Source: the human T2T-CHM13v2.0 reference genome, Homo sapiens. From it: a stretch of 64,000 nucleotides of DNA. Below are positions 23,569 through 37,994 of this stretch, piece after piece. Positions within the stretch are counted from its first letter, which is position 1. Every line of letters begins with the position of its first letter. The translations under genes were made by a program, and so were the position numbers. The notes under the pieces were generated by a model that searched no databases, was not told the origin of the DNA, and saw nothing but the letters and a program-made list of their open reading frames with translations. The stretch is taken from the NCBI RefSeq assembly GCF_009914755.1, contig NC_060927.1. One strand, 5' to 3'.

Positions 23569-25911
23569 ACATTAGGAAGATCATTCATCATGGCCAAGTG
23601 GGATTTATCACAGGGATGCAAGGACGGCTCAACACACGCAAATCAATCAGTGTGATACATCATATCAACAGAATGAAGGATAAAAACTGTATAATCCTTT
23701 CAATTGATGATGAAAAGCATTTGATAAAATTCAACATCCCTTCATGATAAAAATTCTCAAAACATGGGGATAGAAGAAACATACCTCAACACAATAAAAG
23801 TCATACATAGCAGACCCAATGCTACTCACACTGAATGGGGAAAAAACTAAAAGCCATTCCTCAAAGATTTGGAACAAACAAGGAGGATGCCCACTGTCAC
23901 CACTGTTATGCAACATAGTACCAAAGTCCTAACTAGAGCAATCAGACAAAAGAAAGATATAAATGCATCCAAGTTGGAAAGGAAGGAGCCAAAATATCTT
24001 TGCTTGCAGATGATATGATCTTATATTTGAAAAAACCTGAAGACTCCACAAGAGAACTGTTAGAACTGATAAACAAATTCAATAAAGTTGCAGGATACAA
24101 ATTCAACATACAAAAATCACTAGCATTTCTATGTGCCAACAGTGAACAATGTGAAAAAGAAATTTTTAAAAAGTAATCCCATTTACAATAGCCACATAGA
24201 ATTTAAAAACTAGAAATTAAAGAAGTGAAAGATCTCTATACTGAAAACTGTACAACACTGATGAAGGAAATTGAAGAGGACACCAAAACATGGAAAAATA
24301 TTCCACATTTATAAACTGGAAGAATCAATATTGTTAAAATATCCATACTACCCAGAGCAATCTATAGACTCAATGCAGTCCCTGTCAAAATACCAATGAC
24401 ATTCTTCACAGAAATAGATAAAAACAATCCTAAAATTTATGTGGAACCACAAAAAATCCCAAATAGCCAAAGCTATCCTAGAACAAAACTGGAGGAATCA
24501 CATTACCTCACTTCAAATTACACTACAGAGCTATGGTAACCAAAACAGCATGATACAGGCATATAACAGACACATAGACAAATGTAACCAAATAGAGAAC
24601 CCAGGAACAAATCCATACACCTACAGTGGACTCATTTTTGGTAAAGGTATCAATAACATACACTGGGGAAAAGACAGTCTCTTCAATAAATGGTGCTGGT
24701 GCTGGAAAACCTGGATATACGTATGCAAAAGAAAGAAACTAGACCCCTCTCTCTCACTATATGCAAAATTTAAATCAAAATGTATTAAAGACTGAAATCT
24801 AAGATCTGAAACTATGAAACTACTACAAGAAATCATTGGGGAAAATCTCCAGGACATTGATCTGGAGCTCAAACAACTCTATATAAATAAATCCAATAAT
24901 CCAATTTTTTTAAATGAGCAAAAAATCTGAATAGTCATTTCTCAAAAGAAGACATACAAATGGCAAACAGGTGATCAACATCACTGATCATCAGAGAAAT
25001 GCAAATCAAAACTACAATGAGAGATATTCTCACCCTAGTTAAAATGGCTTTTATCCAAATGATACACAATAATAAATGCTGGTGAGGATGTGGAGAAAAG
25101 GGAACCCTCATACAATTGGTGGGAATGTAAATTAGTACAACCACTGTGGAGAACAGTTTGGAGGTTCCTCAAAAAACTAAAAATTGAGCTGCCATATGAC
25201 CCAGCAATCCCACTGCTAGGTATCTACCCAAAAGACAGAAAATCAGTATATGAAAAGAGATATCTACAAGCCCATGTTTATTGAAGCACTATTAACAATA
25301 GGCAAGAGTTGCAAGCAATCTAAGTGCCCAAAAAATGAATGGACAGAAAACATGTGATACATATACACAATGGAGTACTATTCAGCCATAAAAAAGGAAG
25401 AGGTCCTGTCATTTGCAACAACATGGATGGAACCAGAGGCAATTATATTATGTAAGATAAGCCAGGCACAGAAAGACAAACTTCGCATATTCTCACTTAT
25501 TTGTGGGAGCTAAAAATTAAAGCAACTGAACTCATGGAGATAGAAGGATGGTTACCAGATGCTGGGAAGAGTAATGATAGAAGGGAGGTTGGGTTGGTTA
25601 ACAGGTACAAAAAATAAATAGAATGAGCAAGATCTAGTATTTGACAGCACAACATGGTGACTATAGTCAACAATAATTTATTGTACATTGTAAAATAACT
25701 AAAAGAGTAGCATTGAATTGTTTGTAACACACACACAAAAAAAGGATAAATGGTTGAGGTGATGGATACCTCATTTACCCTAATGTGATTAATAGTGATT
25801 GTATGCTTGTATTAAAATATCTCATGTACCCCATAGATATATACGCCTACTATGTACGCACAAAATTTAAAAATTAAAAATTTTATTTTAAAAAGAAACC
25901 CTTAGCAGATC

Positions 25912-26204
25912 TTTTTGTTTGTTTGTTTGTTCTTTTTTGAGACAGAGTCTCATTCTGTCGCCCAGACTGGAGTGCAGTGGGGCAATCTTGGCCTTCTGGA
26001 CTCAAGAGATTCTCCTGCCTTAGCCTCTCAAGTAGCTGGGATTACAGGTGCCTGCCACCACACCCGGCTAATTTTTGTATTTTTAGTAGAGATGGGGTTT
26101 CACCATGTTGGCCAGGATGGTCTCAAACTCCTGACTGCAGGTGATCCACCTGCCTCAGCCTCTCAAAGACCTGGGATTACAGGCATTAGCCACTACACTT
26201 GGCC
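25912..26204 (-). mobile_element. AluS with a small internal deletion
   Basis: 'gagacagagtctcattctgtcgcccagactggagtgcagtgg...gattacaggcattagccactacacttggcc'. TSD-like cagatctttt / cagatcatttt. Confidence 0.93.
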
Positions 26205-28590
26205 TATCAGATCATTTTATGTGCTGTATTTTATACATAAGCACATCCCAAGATTCCATCTACCCCACAGCTATCCAGGAATTGTCTTTGGACCCACGGG
26301 AGAGGGAGGCTCTTATATTCAACAAGCTAGTAAACAAATTTCAAAAAGCCAGAATATTCATTTCAGAAGTAATTCAAGTACCCAGGTTGAAAATTGGAAG
26401 AGTTACAGTAAATGAGGTCAAGTGTATTTTTGACAAGAGATTCAAACATGCACATTGAAAATAAGGGCATTGCTGTAAACGAGGTAAAATACACATCTAA
26501 AAAGACTTAAATAAACATTTGTAATGAAGAGGAGTCACAGTATTCCATCAGTGAAACAACTAACATTTGATATTGAGTATTTACAGAAGAGTCAAGATTT
26601 GTTCCAGAGAATAAAACATTAAAGGTTCTTCTGTTAGTTGAAGTTTTAACTAAATATGTGACTTGGGGAGAGCTTTCTCTTCAGTCAGGCTCTGTAATCT
26701 CTCTCTCAGGAATGACTCCTCTAACAATGGCTAAAAGAAGAAGCCCCAAACACTCATGGTTTTTCATAATAAGAGTATTTTTGCAGAGAAAAACAAAATT
26801 ATTCTTTTATATTAAAATATCACAAAAGGTTTCATAAACTCAAATATCAAAGGGCATAAAAACTCAGAAATAGAACCATTATCTCAGTGTGAAATTTAAC
26901 AGCTTATTGCAATTGTTGAAGTCTAATAACATGTAAAAAAAAAAAAGGAAAAATGGTATAGTATGTTTCCAAATAGTATATATCATTGAATATAATGACA
27001 CATTCTTTTGCAAAGGTCTTCCCTTCTCCCCTTCTCATAAGAATTTGTATATCATGCTTTCATCTTCTCTAAAGATCATGAAAACAAGAGTCCATTATCT
27101 GTGAATAAACATTTCTTGACCACCTCATTCTCCCCTAACGTTTCTTTATTTGCAGCCCATGAAATATTATTTGAGCAAAATTAAACATCTTCACAGAGGA
27201 AAAATCAGGATGCACAGCCTATTATAAGAGATACTTGTGTGTTATAAGAACTGGCGTAACGGCATCCTATTTCATAATGACTGTTCCCAGATATAGAAAT
27301 TACAGGCATCTTTTACAACCAGGCAGAATTCTGACCATCTCAACTGTGTCTGTTTTCCATCTTTCAAGCTTGATATTTATTTCTTTGAAAAGGACAATGA
27401 GTGCCACGCTGGATTATACAACCCAGCTACATCTGTTCTCTCTTGTTTTCTAGATATTACATTCATTGTATTTCACAGCATGAGCCCCCAATCAAGATCC
27501 CGAATATTGCTTCATGATAAATGTCACAGATGAAAAAATGGACTGGCGCCAAAGTCATTAACACAGCTCTGGCCCATCTTCCTGAACAATGCCTCTCATT
27601 GCTCACATTTTTCCTTGAACAAAGGTACCATAGAAACTCCGTTTTCAAACCAAGAAACTTTCTGTCCGATATTTGTATAAATATGTCAGCTGTGAATTGG
27701 CTGATATGCCTTGCCTGAACACCACCCTATTTGGATTCATTCTGTTATTCTGCTTGTCATCCCTCTGTGCTCACCATCCCATAGCATTTCACTCTTCAGG
27801 GTAGGAAAGCACCTAATAGAGGGCATGTCACATGGAACTGCATGGCCTTGCCCCAGAGCTCTTTGATGAAGCAGGGTCTAAGGTGTCCACAGTATCAGCC
27901 AGAAGAGATTTTTTAGGCAACCTGCAACTTCAGCTAACCAGAATCCCCAGGATTTGGTGCATTCTAGAATCATAGACTTAGAAATCGTCAAGGGACCTTA
28001 GAACTCAGTTAATTGAACCCCTCATATTAGACATAAGCATACGGAGGCCCCGACAAGCTAAATGAGTTCTGTCGACTCACATAGCTGCTTGGTCACAGAG
28101 CAAAGACTTGAAATCAGAACTCAGCTTTCTGGCACGAGCTCTATGATGCCAAAAAATGCTTTGTTACTTACGCTAAATGGAAGCTTCTATTACATTTAAG
28201 AGCCAGATTTGTTTCCTGTTATTTTAGACTTTCAAAAACTTATCTCTAAAAACATTTATCAAAATATGAATTCAATTTTCATCCTTGTACGTTGTGCATT
28301 AACGATGATTGAACTTTTCTTTGATGATTGGTCTCCCTAAAAGTTGGCATTTTGTAGCCAAGTTATCGTAGTAGAGTGAGGTAAATGGAAATGTCAAAAT
28401 TATAGGTGACTAGATAAAACCTATGTTGGCCTGAATGAAATTACTGCTTTAAATATATACTGATTATTTTCTTGTGGTTTTTCTTATTTTCCTTAAGCTT
28501 AAGGACAAAAATAATTTGAATTAGCTTCTGGTGTCACATAATCGAGGCTTTTCTGTATTTATCTTGGGCATCTAAAAAATAGGACAGATT

Positions 28591-28904
<314 letters not shown>

Positions 28905-29179
28905 TTAGCCCAATTTTTCAACTCCAATTTTTTTCATATATTTCAACATAACTCATATTTGATTTAATCTAGCAAGTGTTTTTCAGTTCTTATGATATAT
29001 GTTTGGGGAGAAGAAGAGAGAGATTGAAATAATCCAAGGTACAGGTGTTCTCTTCTATAATCTTTCCTTTCTTTTTCGCCCTACTGATATAGAATTTCTA
29101 AATTGTGCTTTTGGGTTTTTTTTTGTTATTACCCTTAAATCTTAAAATAGTGTCATCTTCCTGACAAAGACATTAATAT

Positions 29180-30200
29180 GTTTCCGGACTATGACCCTTT
29201 CCCTCTTTTCTTAAAATATAAATCTCTTTCCTTTCAGATTAATTTATTCTTATTGTAATATCATCTTGAATAGTTCTTCTAATAATGGCTCATAGGTAGC
29301 AAACGCACTCTTAGTCTTTATAGGTCTGTAAATGTCTTTATTTCTCCCTCTCTCTTGAACGATAATGTAGCTAGATATTGAATTTCAGACTAACATTTAT
29401 GTTCTCCTCAGACATGTGAAGATATTACTACACTGTCCTCTGGCATCTTTTATTATTTTATCTTATTAGTCTAATTTTCATTTTTTGAAGTAATCTGTTT
29501 TTCTCACTGACAACTGTTAAGATTTTCAATTTATCTACATCTTCAGTTTCATTACAATGTCCATAGATTTGAGTTATTTTTTATTTATTCTGCTTAGATC
29601 TCAAAATGCACTTTTATCTGAGGACATTGACTTTTTTAATACTGATAAATTTTCAGCTATTTTCTTTTCATATTTTTTCTGCCATTCCCTCTGTCTTATT
29701 TTGAAAGCCTATTAAACATATATTAAAGTCTCTCAATTATGCTTCCATATCCCTTATCTACTCTTTCATATTTTTAAAAAATCTTTCTATATCATGGTGC
29801 TATGTTCTGGGTACATTTTTCAATACTATCTTCTAATTAGCCAATTATTTTTCAACTGTATCCAGTCTTGAGTTTATACTAAATGTTGGAGTTTTTTTAT
29901 TTGAATGATTGATTTTTTCATTTGCGAAATTTCAAAGTGGTTCTTCTTCATATCTACATGGTCTTTTTTCATTTCTGCCCAATCATGTTCATTATGTCCC
30001 TGCTTTATTTTTAAATGTTATGCTTTCTTTCACCTTGCTGGAGCTCCTAAATATACAAAAACTTTTTTAGACAATACTTTGTTTTTTTACAAGTAGAGTG
30101 AGTTTATTTTCTATTTGATAATTTTCATGGCTGTCACAACATTTATTTTCTGTGAGTGAGTTAAAAATTTGGTTCGGAGACTCATCTTGCATATGAGTAT
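29180..30200 (-). mobile_element. old L1M (L1ME-like) fragment
   Basis: T-rich, with 'tgtaaatgtctttatttctccctc', 'tgaagatattactacactgtcctctggcatc' and 'aaattttcagctattttctt', typical of antisense L1M. Confidence 0.7.
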
Positions 30201-30561
30201 TTTTCCTCACTCTGTATGTTTACCTACCTCTGACTAGATGTCTGGTTATTGCTTCTATCAATTCTTCAAGGGACCCTCAGGCAATCCAACAGGACTCTTG
30301 ATCCATAAAGAGGGCTATCATTGACAGGGTCACTGAGCTAGTTGGTGGTTTATCTCAAATCCTAGCTACTAGGCTGTATCAGGGATCTTTTGCTCCCCTA
30401 AGCACTCACTTATAGCTTTTGTGGACATTTTTACCGCAACAGAATTGGACACCTAGCTAACTCTCTCTACCTCTGGCCCTGGGGTTCAGAACTATTCTCT
30501 GCACACCACCTTTTATCTCTGTTCAATTTTGGGGCCAAGGTGGTGTTGATTTCAACATGGC

Positions 30562-30562
<1 letters not shown>

Positions 30563-30606
<44 letters not shown>
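30563..30606. repeat. (AAT)n microsatellite
   Basis: About 14 perfect units, read directly. Confidence 0.95.
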
Positions 30607-30609
30607 TTC

Positions 30610-30982
30610 CATCTAACAAATATTTCCACTTTTCCTTCCAGGCACTGGTAAGATATTACCTCTCTACCTTAGACATGGCCTTGTGATTTGCTTTGGTAAA
30701 TAAAATATGAGCAGATGTGGCATGTGTCTCCTTTAGGTAGAAGCTGTAAAGAGCTAGTACATGATTCATCATGCCCTCTTTCCTCTGCCATAGCAACTAG
30801 CAATGCCCCAAGTAGTAGTCCTACCATCCTCCTGGATGTCAAGGTGAGGATATCATGGAGCAAAGCCCTGAATCAACACACAATGGGAATATAGTGTGAA
30901 CAAGAAATAAATCTTTCTGTTTTAAGCCACTGAGATTTTGGTGTTGTTTTCTATAGCAGCCTAACCTAGACCACCCAGACAG
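30610..30982 (+). mobile_element. MLT1 (MaLR) LTR
   Basis: 'catggccttgtgatttgctttggt...caagaaataaatctttctgttttaagccactgagattttgg...atagcagcctaaccta'. Confidence 0.8.
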
Positions 30983-33900
30983 ATGTATTTATGCCTTTTA
31001 AAATTTTTTCTTTTTAAATTTTAATATGTTACTGCTATGCGTTTTTAGCTAAGAGAAGTTTCAAAGCATGAATTTACAATGAAGCCTTGCTCTAAATCCA
31101 ATCTAAGTCTTCAAGGAACTTTAAATAGTGTGGTATTAAACAAAATAAATGTGCATAAAATGTTAAATGAACAATGCAAGTATGTGTTTATGTGTCAAAG
31201 TATGTGGTTTCAGTAATAAGTGCTATAAAATGCTAACTTGAATATACTCAAGTTCTTCTTCACTTGTTTCCATTCTAAATGTATTTCTTATACTTGAAAA
31301 GCCTTTCAATCTCTTTTTTCTTTTCTGTAAAAAACCTATTATTAGTAAATTTATCACTTTTGTATTACTCAGAAAATTCCACTGTATTTTTTTCTAAAAG
31401 TCTCTAGCCAGGAACTTCAGTGGATAAAGCTGCAAATAGGCATTTCCCTCTTTTCCTTTCTTTGTTCCTTTGTTTCTCTGTTTCCTTTCTTTGTTCTTTT
31501 CTCTGTAGCATCAGGTTGCAGTTGCAGACAAAACAGAAGGAAATGGGAAATTCCTCATTTGGCCCCTGAAGATAATTCTTTTGTTCTTTTCTTCATAAGT
31601 TCCTTTATTTCCAGTGGTGCAGAGCAATAGATTTAACAGGGTTTTTTTCCTCTGTGTTTTATAAACAATACTCAGAGTAACAGCTAGAAGCCAGGGACCT
31701 AATCAAGTACTAGATGTACGGTGACTCTGCTTACAACTAAATTGACAAGATAGAAAAATTACAGAGGAATTATGCCAAAATCACCCAGGAATTTTGAACT
31801 TCCCACTTCCATCTTTAAATGTGGAATTCCTTCCTTCACTGATTCTTCATACCCCTTCCTCTAATCCAACACTCACCTAAATCTTCTTAGACCGTGCACA
31901 AAAGTGCATTCTGTATATGAGCATAGCTGTATAACTTGGTACACAGAACCAAGATAGACAAAGGTATTGCCAATTTTAAAAGCATAACCTAAATAATATT
32001 GTACTTTATACTTTTGTCTTAATTAGTATTCTATTGTTTCTTAAATTCAATATTCTGTAGATAAAAATAATATTATTTTTCTATTTAATCTCTCACTCTT
32101 ACATTTCCATGAGTCTCCCTGTTTTCTATGGTTCCTCTAGAGAATAAGATAGTATGTTATAATTCACCCTTTGACTGGGAATATCCCATTTTCCATATAA
32201 ATGATTCAGAAGGATTTCTGAGGCAGGATGAAATGTACTTTTGAAATGTACACCAGAAGGGCCTTTCTTTAACTTAATCACGGACTTTTAGTGCAGAAAA
32301 GGACCCCAAAATTTATCTAGTCCAATGTTTCTCAAAGTGTGTTATGCATTCTGCTAGTGGTATAAATTGCAAACTGCATAAGTGATGATAATGCAATTAT
32401 GGAAACATCATTCTTGATATGATTTTCACTGTTAGTCCTCAAGTGTATCTCCTTTAATTTGGTTTTTATTTATTCATTTCAGGGTTACATTTATTACAAG
32501 TGAACTGCTTTTGTGTTTGTTATTTTAAGTTTCCTTTTCAAATATATATATTTTTATGAGTTAGTTGAGACAATGAAATATGGTAGGTTAAAAAGTGGAC
32601 AGTTAGTATATAAAAGTGTAAAGGCCTTGAAGGGGGTACATAAATGACCAAAGTTTGTGAAACAATGATTCTAGGCTCCTCATTTGATATATGAGAACCA
32701 GGGAGATGAGGTGATTTGTTCAAAATCATCCAACTTCAGAGCTGCATCCAGACCTCCTGCTCCTAGTCCTATTCCTTGTTCCTGTCTATCCTACTGCCTC
32801 CTTAATGCTCCCACCTCTCTTAACAAGAATATTCATTCCTATGTACAGTGTAGGACAAAGTGAACTCTTGTGAACTAGAAATGTTGCAAAATTAAGTGAA
32901 CATATTAAAAGTTTCTTCTTTTACCAAAGTAGCTGTCCTTTTCCATCAGAGGTAAGAAAATTAAGTTGCTGTCCTTCACTTGCCCAGAAGTGATCGTTAT
33001 GCCATTTCTTGTGGGTGCACTGAGCCAGAACTGCAGAGGTAATAGGTTATTATAGGAAAAGTTGGCTTTGACATTTGTATGATAAATTTGGAGTCAATTA
33101 GATGAAAAATACTCCATTAGATAAAGTGAGTGTACCAATTACTGTGAAGATGGCCTACTGCTAATAATATAATTGAAATTTAGAGAGAGGAAGGCTCAAC
33201 CCTCCAGAAACTGACTACATCAGGGACAGTAATACAATCATATAAACATTTGTGCTTTTAGCCATTTTCACTTGCTTTCCGAATTCTCCTAATCGAATGT
33301 CTTTTTCATGTATATATTAAAATCCCACCCTGTAATTAGCTCCAAGATGAGATAGTACTTTGCCATAAAATGTAAAATATAATGAAACAGTTAGACATCT
33401 CTTCATTCTAATGCAAGACATGTAGACACATAACATTGGTAACCCAAATATGATATTTTTTAGATAAAAAATCAAGCCTGTAGCTAGGTAAGTAATGATT
33501 GCTTTTTAGCTCATCCTAGAAGGAGGATATTTTAGACTAACTGGGGAAAAAGAAACTCATCCACATAGTGTGCTCTCTACAGCTGTGAAGTAGCTGTCAG
33601 GGTCCAGCTGCCAAGGTACTTCAATCTCAATTGAACAAAACGAGAACAAGTACGTTCTAAGAAACAATCCTGCAAAAGGATGGCCTAGTATTGCATTCTT
33701 TTTCATCTTCAATGATTTTGTGGCCCATATGAATTTAAAATGTAAAATGAAATATTTATCAACAATCAAAAACAGACATGTCCAACTGCGTTATCTGAAT
33801 TCAATGCTTCTTTCATCTCAGAAAATAGAAGGCTCCTCAGAAGTGCATTCACCTGCGTCAGTAAAGCATCCTTTCAGAGGATACGCTATGAAATTTTAAC

Positions 33901-34019
33901 CCCATCATCTCACAGGGGCTTATCTAGGGAAAGTTACTTTAAATTCAAGTGAGAATTAAACACAAGGTGCCCGCTATCTTATCCAGAATTTAAAATTCTT
34001 TTTAATTAGTACTGTAAAA

Positions 34020-34262
34020 TATAATAGCAATAGCTACTATTTTAAGCCCGATTGTGTGCCATAGACATTCATACATGGTTTGCACCCTTTTACTTATTTT
34101 ATCTTTACAAAAGCCCTGCAGAGTAGTTGTTAATATTTACCACTTCATAAATGAGGATAGTGAGGCTTAAATATGTAAATAAATTATCAGCTACTAAGGG
34201 GTAGAAGCTACATTTGGACTGAGATCTGTTTGTCTTTTAAATACTGTCTTCCCACTACCATG
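34020..34262 (-). mobile_element. MIR
   Basis: 'tgtgtgcca...tctttacaaaagccctgcagagtag...ataaatgaggatagtgaggctta...atttggactgagatctg'. Confidence 0.65.
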
Positions 34263-36464
34263 AGGCCCCCTTCCATTCATTTCCAAAACTTTTTATTTCT
34301 TTATTCTCTGCCTATATGCCTAGAAATACCTCATGATTCTTACTGCTAACAGGTTTCTATTTACATCCTATTGGTCCTGGAATCTTTTGATGGCATAAAG
34401 GTGGATGTTTGGTCCTAATATCTCAACGACCTTTTTCTCCTGTTTCCCACCCCATACTGCTCTTTGCCATTTCCACATTCTGATACCTCATATAAAACTC
34501 TAATTCCATCTGCTACCTGGATCTCCTGGCCATGACTGAGTCATTTCTGCAAGGATAAGGAGGATTCTCATGAACACCCGGTTCCTGGTAGTTTCCAGAA
34601 ACACCTTGTCTCTCATTCCTTAACACTGTATCTAGACTTATATAAGCAACTAATCTAGCTAGTTCTGCACACCCCCATATTACATTGACTAGTATGTTCA
34701 ATCAAACAAATACAATCTATTTGACCTAAACTCTAAAATGAACTGAAAATTATGACTGTCCTTGAAGCTACCTAGCAAATGCATAGGTATTCTTTGTGGT
34801 TGTCAGATTCTGTCTTATTCCATGTCTTTCAAAAGCTTCCCTAAAATCTAGACAAACAGGATATTGGCACAAATAATAGAGAAATTTGCTGCTTTCTTAA
34901 CATGTTTAGGTTGAGAAGTTTCCAAACTTTCAAATTCCTCTTTTGCTTTCCAGTAGACTCTTTCTCTATAGAGTATGGTGCATGCGTGTGCACACATGCA
35001 CGTGCACACACACACATACACAGAGTCTGAGGTGGGGCTAAGCAGAGTTGAAAAGACTCAGACTACCATGGCTGCAGTTTTAAAGTTGTTTTCCTCCCTG
35101 CATGGCACAGGCAATGAAAAGATCCATTTTCTCTGTCTTTCCACCACCGTCTTCATAGGTCATTTGTGTATGAGTGCATTGGTTACACTGCTTATATCCA
35201 TAAAAACAAAGGCCATGGCTGGGGGGTTTATGTTAATAATTGTAGTGATAAAATTGACACCAAAAATAGAGTATACACTAGTCTTAACCCTTTGTTTTTA
35301 ACAGATGAACTCCATAATCAAGCAAGTATCCTATTTAATATAGACCGTCAATAATTGTTAAGAAATACACCCTGTCTTTGCCAGAAATATATTCTCTGTT
35401 GGGCATATTTTCTGGCTTAATCCTTATGAACCCATAGAAAGATCTGTATCATTCCTATTGTAAAGTTTAAAAACCAGAACACAGAATATCATAATTCAGG
35501 TCTATCTTCAAAGCCCATACTCTGTTTCACCTCAATCTTTTGCTTCCTAATCAATTTCTTCCATTTGTGATATTGCTCATCGGCCAATATATTGTTTTGC
35601 CTAGGTGGTAGTGATGAGCTTTTCTTTTTTCTTTGTCACATCATTAATGAGCTAGGATAACTTGCCTTACATGTGTCACAGGCAGTTACCAAACAGAATT
35701 ACAATTTTTCAACCGGCTTGTGCTATGTGTTTTTAAAACCCAAAGCAAATGTCATAGTGTGCACTGCCAGTGGGCTCCTCTTTGTTAGCAACATCAAAAG
35801 AAGTCCATTTCTCTCCAAGGATAGGAGCCTCTTTTCTTTTATTCAATAAAGCACACAAGACAGCAAACCCTCGGTAGCACTATTTATGGAAATCATTTAT
35901 GATTGCACTTGGATCTTCAAGCAGTCAGTTCTGCCCTGGCTCCATTCACCACTTCCAGGAATCTTGCCAGCCTGATGCACTCACATTCCATGCGTTGAGA
36001 CTTTATTTTTATCGTCCTACTGGTATCCTATCACTGTTGCTGTAATAAAAAGTTTTATTTCCAGAACCAAACAATTATTTGTTAGAATATGTGGAAGCTG
36101 GAAAATTGGTTTGTACCTCAAGGAGCAGTGAGAATGCAAGAAAATCTGCTCTCTGGCTGCTGCATTGATTCTTCGTTGTAGAAAGAAATGGATAAGAATT
36201 AAAATGCCCTCCATCCACAGAATTGTTCAAACAGGTTTTGATTAAGCAAGGAATCTTTTCCAAAGGGTTGCTAAAATAATAGGCCTGGTTTTAAGTCAAG
36301 GAAGCAGTCAGACAAATTGGTACTTAAGACCAAATATTCAAATGCAGAGACCTATATTTGTACCTGCTATGAATACAGAGGGAAAAAGAAGAACAATTCC
36401 CTTACTGCTCACATTTTTAACAACTTACTAGGTTTTCTACTTGAGTTCAATCATTCCATATCTA

Positions 36465-37029
<565 letters not shown>

Positions 37030-37229
37030 CTAGCAATGAGTGGAGGAAAGGACACAGGCAGCAGCACAGAGAAAAAGAGATAGTGTGGTGTTTGGGAAAC
37101 TACAAATGTTTCAGGATAACCAACAAAACTACATGGAGCCACCCAGATGTCCTACCATCACATTGTTCACATATTTAAAAGTAAATTTATTGCCCTTCCT
37201 AAACCTCAAACTTTCCATTCTTCTTGAAT

Positions 37230-37700
37230 TTATACCAAGTTCAATACCTTGGGTTCTCTTTTAATTTTTTATTTTGCCTCACTCTCCCATTTAATCACCA
37301 AATTCTATCTCTTCCAATACCATATCATGTTTGGTCTTAATCTCTTCCTTTTTAATCTCATTACCAATATACTAGTCCAAGCCTTAGACCTTATTCCCAG
37401 ACTTTGGCAATTGCTATCTTCTCTTTCTATTCCCCCAACACATTCCACTAACTGCCATTAGGCTGAATTTCTTGATCTCGATCACATTGCTCTCTCCTCA
37501 AAACTCTTTAATGCTGTATAAGATAAAGCCCATTCTCCTGGCCAAACAGGCAAGTGATCCTTAACCCAACCCCTACTGCTTTTCTAATCAGAGCTCTTGT
37601 TATGCTTCTACAGACCCTTCCCTTCAGTCAAATGGGTCTGCTCCCTCATTATATTTTTCCTACCCTAAATTCCTTGTTTCCACCATAGACCACATTTTAA
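37230..37700 (+). mobile_element. L2 fragment
   Basis: 'ttaatcaccaaattctatc', 'ctagtccaagcc', 'gatcacattgctctctcctcaaaactctttaatg...ataagataaagccca'. Confidence 0.55.
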
Positions 37701-37994
37701 AATTCCCAATTGAATCCTGCATATTCTTAAACTACCTCACTCATTCCTTTCATGCAGCCTTATCAGACCAAACCTTGGTTCTTTCTCCATCCTAAGAACC
37801 AGGATATTTTAACGCTTTAAGAACAAGTTTAGTAAAGAAAGGAAAGTGAATGTTTATTGAGAATCTATAAATATCAAGTTATTTAAAACTCTGTGCGTTA
37901 AGTGTTATATTAAAAATAAGGCAAACTGAAGTTAAAAGAGGCTAAGTAACTTGGCCGCGACCACACAGCTAATGTATTTGAACGCAGGTCACTA

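Noticed and set aside
25915-26415. 166-aa ORF, and similar ORFs at 36462, 38826, 41420, 42073, 51056, 59293 and 63315
   Set aside because: Typical Alu-derived translations (e.g. '[16 protein letters not shown]', '[10 protein letters not shown]').
33557-33769. 70-aa minus-strand ORF with a protein-like stretch (IEIEVPWQLDPDSYFTAVES)
   Set aside because: No recognisable family, non-ATG start and no convincing donor site; treated as chance.
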